Source of the DNA: Callorhinchus milii
Lineage: Eukaryota
DNA length: 60,000 nucleotides
Direction: 5' to 3'
NCBI RefSeq assembly: GCF_018977255.1
Contig: NW_024704742.1
Location: 108,502,001 to 108,562,000, forward strand
A model generated the notes under the pieces. That model worked only from the letters and a program-made list of their open reading frames with translations. It was not told the DNA's origin and ran no database searches. The position numbers and the translations under genes were made by a program. Shown here one piece after another: positions 49,101-60,000 of the stretch (the first letter of the stretch is position 1; each line of letters starts with the position of its first letter).

Positions 49101-52100
49101 AGGTTGGTGCGCAGCAGACGCTCTGACAGGGAGCCATCGTCACTCCAGGACTGCTTGTCAATCAGGTGTTTGAAAAACTCCAGGATATATCTCTGCAATA
49201 TGATGGACATCACACAAAGAGTCAGCCTGGGATTGTCTTACTTTCAATTTGAATACAACCTTATCTGAAGGAAAAATGTGAAGATTTCTTATATTAAAGA
49301 TTCACACCTGAAAACAGCCCATTGTAGCCCCTTTGACTGACGTACTGATTAATTTTATGTATCCGCTTGGCTCAGAAGGTAGCATTCTCGCCTCTGGACA
49401 GGGCTGCTGAGTTTGCCCACAAAATACACAGTCACTACACTTTACAGTATGTCCTGTGAAGCACTTTGAGATTTCATCCAAAATGTGAAAGGCAAATGTA
49501 ATAAATGTTGTTGTTACTACTGTGATTTGTGTTTTGTCTTACCCAAAAACGTTTAAGGAACGATTCTTTAATGTGATTTCTAATAGCCAATCCAGCATTT
49601 CCCTCTTCAAAAATATTAGTCCTAGGATCGATTACCAGAATGCTCCTCAGCCCCAACAGGTGTGACTGGCAGCAGGAAATCCAATTCCTGCCAGCAGCAA
49701 TATCACAGCAATGTCCAGCACCACACAACCAGGTAGAAGATTACAACCTCAGTCAACAAATGCAAGGTCGAGGTAAAGTGGAGATTGTTACCTTCAGATT
49801 TGTTGCAACATCAGGGATATTCCTTTTCTCAACCAATTTGTAAAATACCTCCAGATAAGCCAGACCCTGTAACACTGGCATAGTTTTGTTCTCGTGTCTC
49901 AGGTAACGGGTCAGGTCAAGAGCTCGATCAAGTGATAACTTTCCTGTACTAAAGACAGCAAAAAATGACTTAGATGATGTTCCAGTACGATTACAAATCA
50001 ATTTTTTCCATCTTCCCCCACTTCACTTTTATTTTAATCCCCCATCACCTATCTTTTTATTATCTTATACCACTAACCCATCTCTGTTTGAGATAAAGAA
50101 TAGTGAGCTATACACACAACAACAAGATTTCATTTATAGAGCGCCTTTCACGTCGGAAGGACGTCCCAAGGCGCTGGACAGTTGGGTCAGCAGGGGGGAA
50201 ATGGTCAGGGTGAGGGGAGGGAAGGGAGGGAGGGAGCGAGAAGGTGTAGAGAGTCGAGAGGGGAGCTGAAGGCACGGTCGAAGAGAAAGGTCTTGAGACC
50301 GGCCTTGAAGCAGGAAAGGGAGGAAGCAAGGCGAAGGCACTGGGGGATGGAGTTCCAGAGCCTGAGAGGCTGAAGGCCCGGCCACCGATGGTAGGGCGGT
50401 TGGGGCGGGGGATGTGGAGCAGACCGGAGCCAGAGGAATCGGAGGGTACGGGCAGGTAAGTAGGGGGATAGTAGGTCGGAGAGGTAGGAGGGAGCAAGGC
50501 TGTGAATGGCCTTGTAGGTGAGGATGAGGATCTTGAATTCGATCCTCTGGGGGATGGGGAGCCAGTGGAGGCGAGCGAGGGTGGGAGTGATGTGGTCCCG
50601 AAGCCTGGTGCGGGACAGTACACGAGCTGCAGAGTTCTGAATGACCTGCAGCTTGTGGAGGGAGGTGCCGGGAAGGCCGGCGAGGAGAGAGTTCCCATAG
50701 TCCAGCCTTGAGGTGATAAAGGCGTGGACCAGAGTTTCAGCAGCGTGAGGGGTGAGGTAGTGCCGTAGTCTGGCGATGTTTCGGAGGTGATGGAAGGCAG
50801 TGCCAGTTGTGGCGCAAATGTGGGGAAGAAAGGACAGCTCAGGGTCGAACAGAACGCCGAGGTTCCTGACTGGCTTTGAGAGGTGGAGAGTGCAGCCTTG
50901 GATGCTGATGGTGTCAGCGCCTGAGGTGCGGAGGCGCTGACGTGAGCCAATCAGGAGGGCCTCAGTTTTGCGCACGTTGAGCTGAAGAAAGTTGTCTCTC
51001 GTCCAGGACTCGTGTCAGACAGGCTGTCAGGACATCGGTGGTCGTGGAGTTGAGGGCAGAGGAGGAAAGGTAGAGTTGGGTGTCATCCGCATACATGTGG
51101 AAGTTAACCCCATGTCTGCGGATGATGTCACCAGGGGGAGCATATAGAGGGTGAAGAGGAGGGGACCGAGGACAGAGCCCTGAGGGAAACCACACGAGAC
51201 AGTGCGGGGGCTGGAGAAAAAGCTGTTTGTGGAAACAAAATGAAGACGGTGGGAGAGGTACGACCTAAACCACTCAAGGACAGGGCCTTGAAGGTTGAGG
51301 TGGGAGGACAAGCGGTGGAGGAGGATAGCGTGGTCAACCGTATCGAATGCGGCTGATAGGTCGAGGAGGACGAGGAGGCAGAGGGAGCCCTGGTTGCAGA
51401 TGGTCAAGATGTCATTGGTGACCTTGACCAGGGCGGTTTCTGTGCTATGGGCAGCACGGAAATCCGACTGAAGGGGTTCGAATAATGCATGGGTGGAGAG
51501 GAAAGAGCGCAGCTGGGAGGCGACAACTCTTTCAAGGACCTTGGACAGGAAGGGGAGGTTGGATATGGGCCGGTAGCTTGATAGCTGCGACGCATCAAGG
51601 AAGGGTTTTTTCAAAGTGGGAGTGATGGTGGCAGTTTTTAGGGGAATGGGAACAGAGCCAGAGGAGAGGGACAGGTTGATGATGTCTGTGAGAAGTGGGC
51701 CAAGGAGGTGGAGCTGAGAGATAAGGAGTGGAGTGGGGATGGGGTCAAGGGAGCAGGTGGTGGGTTTCAGGGACAGGATGAGTTTGGTGACAGAGGGTGG
51801 GAAAACAGGTTCAAAGGTGTGTAGGGGAGGATGGGTAGGAGTCGGAGTGTGGGAAGGAAGGGGTGGGGAGTGGGTGGAAGGTGGAGGGGCAGTGACCGCG
51901 GAGCGGATTCCCTTGATTTTGGATTCAAGGAAATCCAGCATCTCCTCGCAGTGAAGGTTGAAATTACACCTGAAATTACATCAATGCTAGTGAGCATCTC
52001 CACTGCTATGTACCACACTTTTGCTTATCTTTCCCTCCCCACTCCCCTTGGCTCCCACCTGCAGTGTTAATTGTTTTAAGACGTCCTCCCAACACCAATT

Positions 52101-55100
52101 GTCTTGTAACTGTATTGTACAATTCTGAGTTTCAGAAGTACTTAAGGTGTATTGGCTAGGGTATTAGGATAAACATTTGAAAAGGAACAACATAAAAACC
52201 TATAAGAAAACAGCAAATAACTGGAATTAAGAATCAATAGGTCTCAGTCGAATTGGATTAAAGTAACTCAATGACCTCCCAGGTAGTCACTTCTATGAAT
52301 CTAACACTTTGATTGGGAATGTATATTCACAGAATAAGGTGATATTGACTATCAGGTCAATAATACTATGTATCTGTGGCAATTCACAATACCTGACGAG
52401 TTGGAAAGCATTATGAATGAGGTGTGTTCGGTCCTTCATGCTCAGGAGGGTGTGATCCTGATCCAGTAGATTAACCAGTGCATCCCATCCACTGTGCTCA
52501 TAGTGTACAATGTAATAGCCATTCATGTCCACGTTAAACTTCACCCAGTCAGCTTCTTTGTCCAGTTTAATAGTATCTGATTAACACAAGATCAGTCAGT
52601 TTAGTGATGTTCACCAACAAATGAAAACCTAAGAGTTTAGCTTCATCGGTTAGATCGGATTCTGAATTACACTCACACTGCACCTGAATTCTGTTATAAA
52701 TATTATCAACAACAACAATTTGCATTTATGTAGCACCCTTCATATCAAACAATGTCGTGGAATGCTGTACAGTAGCCAGATGGACACCAAGCAAAGGAGA
52801 AAGAGGAGGGGTGAGGTGCTCATGGATGCAGTTAAGAGGTAGGTTTCAGGTGATTAAAATAACCTGAGTTCAATTCCAGGCAGGGCGAAACCTTGGGCAA
52901 GTTTCCTTACTCCACACAGAGCCTAATAATAATTCCTCCAAAACCAAAAATGATAATAAAATTGGTCATTTTCAATCCACGACTGTTTGTGGGACACTGC
53001 TGTGCGCAATTGGCTGCCGCGTTCACCCACAAATATACAGTCAATTCACTTTACAGTATGTTCTGTGAAGCGCTTTGGGACGTCCTCCCAACGTGAAAAG
53101 CGCTATATCAAATGCAAGGATTATTATTATATAGGTAAAGAAGGGGGTGTGACAAAGAGGCTGAGGCAGGGAGTTCTAGAGATTAGGAACGTTGTGGCTG
53201 AAGGCATGTACAGCCACTCATGGTGGCATGGAGAGATCAGGGGATTTGCAGACATTGTGTTATGAAGGATATCACATTGATACAAAGGCACTTGAAATAA
53301 ATAGAGGGAAGAAGACTAAGATTTAAATAATTTCATATTGATACACATTTCTATGAAATGCTTTGCGACGTCTTGAACACGTGATAAGGCTCTATAGCAA
53401 ATAGAAGAATTATTATTACTTCATTAAATCTCATTCAAGAAGTGGCCTACGAACACTGACATGAGTCAAGGTAAGTCCATGTTCCGTCGGTAGTGTGTTT
53501 TCTGGTTTTTGTGATTGAATATTCCTTGATTTATGTTATCAATTTATTTTGTTGGCCGATCATGAAGGTTGCCCACCACTGTCTTCGCTACACTGAACTC
53601 CACCTGCTACAGCTTTGCCCACTCACTTAATTTGTCTAAGTCTAACATGAGTCTAGGTAAGTCCGTGCTCCATTGGTAGTGTTTTTTCAGTTTTTTTTTA
53701 TTGATTTTTTGCTAATTGAGCAAACAAATGTCCATCTTTAACCCTAAGAGTAGCCTTGGATGGGGTCTGTCTTTGGTCTTTTTCCCTCTTTCATGGACCA
53801 TCACCAAAGCTCTCCTCAATGGTACTCTGACAGGACAACTAAACTAAGATACTATAGAGAACTGAGATACCATAGAGCACAGATGGCCTAAGATACCATA
53901 GAGCACAGATGACCTAAGATACTATAGAGCACAGATGAACTAAGATACTATGTAGCATAGATGACCTAAGATACTATAGAGCACAGATGAACTAAGATAC
54001 TATAGAGCACAGATGAACTAAGATACTATAGAGCACAGATGAACTAAGATACTATGTAGCATAGATGAACTAAGATACTATAGAGCACAGCTAATCTAAA
54101 CTGGCGATGGCAGCACGTGACACATTGAATCTCTAATTCTGCAGTCCTTGACAACCATCTCTGCATCACACCTGGTGCCATGTGTATACTCCTCAATGTA
54201 GTGTGTACGAGATCTCTCACCTGATTTTGTTTTCAGCAGATATCTGCCAATTCTGTCTGAGCTACTCGTGATGTAAGTTAGCGGGATGTGCCACAGATAG
54301 CTGCAAAAGATGAGGTAAAAATATTTTTGATTCTCCAGGTGTTGCAGAAGGTGTTATAATGATCTATAAGCAAAACTCCGCCAAAAACAACACAGGAAAA
54401 CAATCACAAGTGACCAATAACTACCCAGACTGCAGTGACTCCCACACAGGGTCCTCTGGAAGGACACCCTTCAGGAAACGCTCCTGTCGTAGCCGGATTA
54501 AACTCCCGCTGTGTTCAACAATGATCACTGGCAGCCCCTTCTGAAGTGTCCAAGTATTCATAACCTCCTTGATGTCCAGATGTTCCTCTGTATAAAGATA
54601 CTGAGGAAAATAAAGGCACAGATTGCAGTTTTAATACTAAGCGCTTTCATACAAATGTATTTTATTCATTTGAAAAACATTGCAGATCAGTCATGGTCTA
54701 CTACTGTTTGTAACTTCTTCTGATCTTAGAATCAGTAAAGTGGTGGCTAATGCAACCTTTTGAATCCACAGTATGTGTTAATGAATAAAAGAATGAACCA
54801 AAACTTACAGCGTTTTTAGCCGCTTGTGAAGTGCTGTAGCAGAATCCACCTGAAGTGAAGTTTCCTTCTGTGCAAGTCTATTGGGAAGTAAGAATTTAAT
54901 GGTTTAACACATGCTGAAACCATAGATCTTCTCAGTACGTCTTTGTTTCCAAACCAAAAGAACTGAGTGAAGACAGCAAAGTTCCACCTTAATATGAGGC
55001 TCTGGGACAATGGAAATGTCAGGTCAAGATGTCTTGACAATTGTTCAAGGATGAATAATGTAGGATGTATGGGTTGATCAATATTCAATGCAGTTCTCAA

Positions 55101-58100
55101 GTTTCGCTTTGGGGATTCAGAGGGAACCTCTGCTGAGTCTACTCTCAGTACATTATAGGATTTGGATAAAGTCTGTGGTAGAATGCATTCTGTTTGGTCT
55201 TTGAGAGAAGTAACCTTGGTTGTCTGAATAGATTTTACTTGTCCATACTTATATAAAAAAAATCCATCGACTACTGTACTAAGTGGTTTGAAAAACTAAA
55301 TTGAATCTTCTTTTAGCAACTGGTGAATTCCTCCAGGGAGAGAGTACACATTCATGGAAAATGTCCATGTGTAAGTGACATATATGCAGTATGTGGAATT
55401 CTTAGTGAGACACCTGACTGACCAAAACAAATGGTGTCAATAGACAATAATGGTGCTTTTCAAATGCAAAATCATTTTTGTTACAGAAAGGTAAAGCCTT
55501 ACATTGGCCATGCTGTTCCACAGGTCCTCGTTCTTGGCATTCCCATAGCTGTATTTCCGCAGGTAAGAAACTAAGCCACTCTGGAAAACCTCCTCTGTTA
55601 GAAAATTCCTCAGCATGTGCAGAATGCAAGCGCCCTACATTCAACAGTAGCAAAAGGTCAGTTACAACATGCAAAATCTGGAATTAATTAATTGTCCCCA
55701 TTACCAAAAAAACAAAACAGACAGCAAAAATGGTGACAGATGAAGCATCAATGCTTATTCAAACTCTCTTTGAAAGGCCAAACATTGAGGTGCAGTATTT
55801 GTACTGTAGCCATATGTAAGTATTGGGCACATACTACCAATTAGAGCAATAGGGTTAGAGGGTAATCATTACCTCTCCTCACGTAAGAGCTTGGGATATC
55901 CTCCCAATGTGAAAGGCACTCATATACTAAATTTGTGTTGTGCTGTATAAACACAATTCTATATTAGACATTATTAGCCTACTAGAGAATATATCAATTT
56001 ATCAATTGGCTGCCGCGTTGCGCCCACAAAATATACAGTTAATTCACTTTACAGTATATTCTGTGAAGCGCTATGAGACATCTCGAAGACGTGATAAGGC
56101 ACTATACCAAATGCAAAGATTATTATTATTGCTTTATAAAAAGACTGATTAAAGACTGAAATGGGTCGCCAGGAAGGGTGGTTGAGGCCAGGACACCAGA
56201 CCTGTTTTAGCTTAATGCTGTTATAGGAAATTGGTAGGATGGGTTTTCTTGAAGGATGAGATCCAATAGGCTAAAGGGCCATGGAAACCTCAGCTGTGAT
56301 TAGACTTTACGTGTAGTTTCTGTTAAATTCCCACTTACTTTCTCATAAGACACGGTGTCAAACATTTCCTTGATCTGAGTTGGACTTTCTGCTACTGTAG
56401 ATATAGCACGTGATGAATTCATGGAGTCTCTTCCCATTGCTCCAAAACATGTGTTCAAAAGATAATCATCCTGGGCAGATCAAACGTGAAAGAATACGTT
56501 AAATTGAGTCAAAGATCTTGTAGTTATTGAGTTACTGGTATTGAGAAGAAATTACTCACCACTTGTAGCTCTGGGTAGGTGGCACCAACAGAGACAAACT
56601 CCATGTACCGGGCAAAGCCTTCATTTAGCCAGATGTCATTCCACCACTCCATTGTCACCAGGTTACCAAACCACTGGAGGAAACAAACAATCATTAAGAC
56701 ACTGAAAAGTTTTCTTTAAATCAGCGAGGATTGCGAAGGGTCTTTAATTAAACTAAACTTTGAAAATTACCACATATGTTGTAAGAAATTGAAGCAGACA
56801 TAAAACCACCAGACACTGATCTAACAACTGTTTGCTATTGTTGATTATTATAACGCTGTGATTAATTACAATTGTAGTCAACTTTAACCCCACTCTGGAA
56901 ATTCATCTTCTTTTGAGTTGCTGCTCCCAGGGTTAGGATCAACTCATTTACTTTCTCACTTGTTCTATAAATTTATATATAAATTTATATCTCTTGATGT
57001 ATAAAATAGTTCCTGAATTCCCTATTTATTCCCGGAATTTAGAATACAGCATTCCAGGATGGTATCCTGCATGAACGTTGTTGTATAAATGCAAGTTGTT
57101 GTTGTTAATGGTAGAAGGCCAGCTTTCAATGTAAGAGATGGAAATACCTGATGAGCCAGTTCATGCCCAATCACCATAGTAATCCACAGTTTATCCGATG
57201 CTGAGGAGGTCACTGAATCATAGAGTAGAGCTGTCTCCCTATAAGTGATCAAACCCCAGTTCTCCATGGCTCCTGACTGGAAATCAGGAATCGCCACGAG
57301 GTCTAAAAGCACAATATTTCTTCTTTTATTTATTATATCATAAGGTCAATTTTAATAATGTCATTGATATACAGTATATTGCAACAAGATGGAATTAAAT
57401 TGTTGACCATTTTAAAGAACATTATGACTGTATTTTATCCCTTTCCCATTAATAATAATCCTTGCATTTGATATAGTGCCTTGTCACGTCTTCTAGATGT
57501 CTCAAAGCACTTCACAATACAGTAAAATTAATTCACTGTATGTTTTGTGGGCGAAACACGGCAGACAATAGTGCACAGCAGTGTCCCACAAACAGTCAAG
57601 GATTAAGGAACCCAATTATTATTATTTATTTATCTTTTGAAGGGATTATTACCTCTGGATAAGCGATCTGCCAATTGACTAACAACCGGGTTCCTACTTA
57701 CTGCTTGGTAAACAGAGGCGTGTGGAGTAAGGAAACTTGCCCAACAATTATATTGATATTGACATACCTTGCTTTGGGAGTGGAAAGTAGATATTGAAAT
57801 AATTTTCATAAAACTCCAGTAGTTTTACCGCTGCTTCCAAAGCATAGTGAGTTTGGCTCCACTTGTCTGGAACAGCATATATGGACACCTATTAAATGGG
57901 TTAAAGACGCGTCAAAGTCCTTCAGTTCAATGAGCAGGAAAGAGTATATTATTTCCCAGAACAGGCAATTGCTTACATTGTAGTTTCACCTCCCCAAAAA
58001 AACTCTTAAAACAACCAGCTTCAAAATTAAAGACTGGTTTCTCACATTCTGGCTCCTCTGAAATAGTGCATTAGTAGAGTAAATGTTTCCCCAGGTGGAA

Positions 58101-58965
58101 TTTTAGCCCATATAAATATTGAGTATTAGATAACTGGGTGTACAGGATGCTGGATTCTCCCTCCCCCCAACTGATACCCCTAGTTAAAGATCCCAAGACA
58201 TTCGTTCAGAGAAGAGCAGGAAGTTACTGTATTCCAGAGCAGGAACCAGTACAAGGCACAGAGAGACAACTTTGGTGCAAAGCTCACCTTTATTCCTGTT
58301 GAAGTTACAGCACTAACAGATTTGAAGTCACAGACAATAAATGCCACCAGGTATGTGCTCATCCTCACACTCACAGCAAAATGGTCTTCAAAAAGCCCCT
58401 CCCCTATTGGTAAAGATTTAACCTGGAAGATATAAAAAAAATCACTTATGAAGCAGAACATTTTTTTCAAATGAAACATTTATTTTCTCAGTTTTTAAAA
58501 AAAATGTTTTTTGTGAGTTTAAGACAAAACTTATTCCTATCTTGTGTTAAATGGTGGTAATTTAAAGTGAGGTGGGAATGAGGGTTGGGGTCTGATAATA
58601 AGGCTTTAGTAACTGTCACAGACAACCAGAGTTATTTAATGCTTCTTTCATTCATTCATAAAAGCCATCATAGAGACAGAGTATGGAAAGCCAGAGTTCT
58701 CCTCTTTTTACCCATTTAACAATAACATGAAGTGGAAAGTTTGTCTGTAGTTGCAGGTCAGGCTAAACAATCCTACAATCATAAACAGTGAGGGTGTGAC
58801 TGTCAAACAGAATGAAGATCACTTACCATGGGCATGTTGGACAGTGCAATGTATTGGCTGCCTCTCCTGATCTTGACTGAGAAGTTGGCTTTGAAAGATG
58901 GCTCATCAAAGCAAGGAAAGGCCATGCGTGCTGATGTAGGTTCAAAATGGGTAGAAGCAAGCAGT
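45990..58965 (-). CDS. erap2: ERAP2-like ER aminopeptidase, copy C (coding exons 2-18; start right of window; frameshift in exon 17, so truncated protein or young pseudogene)
   Basis: 17 GT-AG exons with the same sizes as copy B except exon 17 (72 vs 82 nt). The shifted frame stops at TGA 46141-46139. Confidence 0.85.
46966..47037 (-). CDS. erap2: copy C exon 17, 10-nt deletion (frameshift)
   Basis: [18 protein letters not shown] then RKNWR; 72 nt vs 82 nt in B. Confidence 0.88.
47817..47957 (-). CDS. erap2: copy C exon 16
   Basis: [19 protein letters not shown]; 141 nt. Confidence 0.9.
48380..48541 (-). CDS. erap2: copy C exon 15
   Basis: [15 protein letters not shown]; 162 nt. Confidence 0.9.
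49008..49192 (-). CDS. erap2: copy C exon 14
   Basis: [14 protein letters not shown]; 185 nt. Confidence 0.9.
49792..49948 (-). CDS. erap2: copy C exon 13
   Basis: [12 protein letters not shown]; 157 nt. Confidence 0.9.
50117..51950 (-). mobile_element. young L2 LINE, about 1.8 kb, 5'-truncated, copy C only
   Basis: 304-aa and 256-aa RT ORF pieces separated by frameshifts; hairpin and (TTG)n tail; empty sites in A and B. Confidence 0.92.
52393..52576 (-). CDS. erap2: copy C exon 12
   Basis: [12 protein letters not shown]; 184 nt. Confidence 0.9.
52862..53130 (+). mobile_element. 5'-truncated tRNA-derived SINE, copy C only
   Basis: Starts at the B box; empty sites at A ~2200 and B ~30170. 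Confidence 0.85.
53845..54090. repeat. 26-bp minisatellite, about 9 units
   Basis: Same unit and flanks as 30815-31270. Confidence 0.92.
54221..54300 (-). CDS. erap2: copy C exon 11
   Basis: [12 protein letters not shown]; 80 nt. Confidence 0.9.
54425..54600 (-). CDS. erap2: copy C exon 10
   Basis: TWTLQKGLP; 176 nt. Confidence 0.9.
54809..54877 (-). CDS. erap2: copy C exon 9
   Basis: [13 protein letters not shown]; 69 nt. Confidence 0.88.
55503..55634 (-). CDS. erap2: copy C exon 8
   Basis: [12 protein letters not shown]; 132 nt. Confidence 0.9.
56339..56470 (-). CDS. erap2: copy C exon 7
   Basis: [28 protein letters not shown]; 132 nt. Confidence 0.9.
56560..56673 (-). CDS. erap2: copy C exon 6
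   Basis: [11 protein letters not shown]; 114 nt. Confidence 0.92.
57148..57302 (-). CDS. erap2: copy C exon 5 (GAMEN, HEXXH)
   Basis: [27 protein letters not shown]; 155 nt. Confidence 0.92.
57768..57888 (-). CDS. erap2: copy C exon 4
   Basis: [10 protein letters not shown]; 121 nt. Confidence 0.9.
58288..58422 (-). CDS. erap2: copy C exon 3
   Basis: [13 protein letters not shown]; 135 nt. Confidence 0.9.
58827..58965 (-). CDS. erap2: copy C exon 2
   Basis: [13 protein letters not shown]; 139 nt. Confidence 0.9.
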
Positions 58966-59271
58966 CTAGAAAGGGAAGACATTCATCAAAAGAAATTAGA
59001 GCAAGTTAAGTGAACGTGAAATAAGTGAAGGGCAAGTTGCACATCATAGCAACTATTTTTATTGCCATGTGCATAGGTTCATCCAACCAAACTCTAACTC
59101 TTTGTCTAGTATGTGTACTTTTTGTATACTGGGGTAAGGCGGCTAATTTATAATTATAATAAATAAATAATATTCCTTGCATTTGATATAGAATCTTTCA
59201 TGTTCGGAGGACATCTCAAATCGCTTCACAGGATACACTGTAAAGTGTAGTGATGATATATTTTATGAATT

Positions 59272-60000
59272 GGAAACAGCTCTGGTCAAAGTGACAAATG
59301 ACATTCTGTCCATCTGCGACCAGTGCTCCCTCTGCCTCCTCGACAGTGTTGACCACTCTATCCTCATCCACCACCTCTCAGTTCACCTCAACTTTCATGG
59401 TTCTGACCTTGACTGGTTTAGATCCTACATCTCATACCACCTCCACTTCATCTCCTTTAGCCCCCATATCATCTCGTGCGGTGTTCCTCAGCGGTGTTCC
59501 TATATGCTCCCTCTTGGTGACATCATCCGCAGACATGGGGTCAATTTCCACATGTATGCGGATGACACCCAACTCTATCTCTCTGCCTCCACCCTCAACT
59601 CCAGGACCACTGCTGTCTTGACAGAATGACTATCAGACATCAAGTCCTGGATGAGAGCTACCTTTCTTCAGTTGAACATCAACAAGTTCTGGATGATCTG
59701 CAGCCTGTGGAGGGAGGAGTTGGGGAGGCCGACAAGCAGTGTGTTTGTATAGTCGAGCCTTGATGTAATGAAGGCATGTATGAGGGTTTCGGTGGCCTGT
59801 GGTGTGAGACAGTGTTGGAGCTGGGTGACGTTGCAGAGGTGGGGGAAGGCAGAGCAGGTAATGTCACGGATGTGGAGCAGAAAGGATAGTTGAGAGTCGA
59901 ACAAGACCTCAAGATTCCGGACTGGCTTAGCAAGGTGGAGTGTGCAACCATGGATGGTGATACTGTCAGCGCCTGAGGTGAGGAGGCGCTGACGGGAGTC
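59272..60000. mobile_element. L2 LINE fragment with internal inversion
   Basis: Plus-strand RT motifs to LQLNINK (59686), then minus-strand continuation. Confidence 0.8.

Noticed and set aside
50108..51941. Active or domesticated reverse transcriptase gene
   Set aside because: 5'-truncated, no endonuclease domain or ORF1, and frameshifted around YADD.
942..58965. Array as a false duplication of alleles
   Set aside because: There are three distinct versions with many copy-specific transposon insertions and clearly diverged introns, beyond what two alleles would explain. Read-level confirmation is still desirable.

Overview
Vertebrate genomic DNA, most likely from a cartilaginous fish (inferred from SacSINE1/DeuSINE-like, CR1 and L2 repeats). 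It holds a head-to-tail tandem array of three minus-strand M1 zinc-aminopeptidase genes spaced about 24-25 kb apart. Diagnostic exons (the C-x4-FTSGG-x-C loop and the 176-nt QERFL-x-GV-x2-EDP exon) identify them as ERAP2-type. Copy B is complete (18 coding exons, 943 aa). Copy A runs off the left edge. Copy C starts beyond the right edge and has a 10-nt frameshifting deletion in its penultimate exon. The copies are nearly identical in many structural exons but differ at substrate-pocket positions (His/Asp/His at the ERAP1-Q181/ERAP2-D198 site; Gln/Gln/Lys at R430/Q447; Trp/Arg/Trp at ERAP2-W363). Both visible promoters carry a perfect IRF/ISRE element. Introns contain L2 and CR1 LINE fragments, a tRNA-derived SINE family sharing the L2 3' hairpin, a Tigger-like MITE and a 26-bp minisatellite. 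Exon coordinates were read by eye from GT/AG boundaries and frame continuity.
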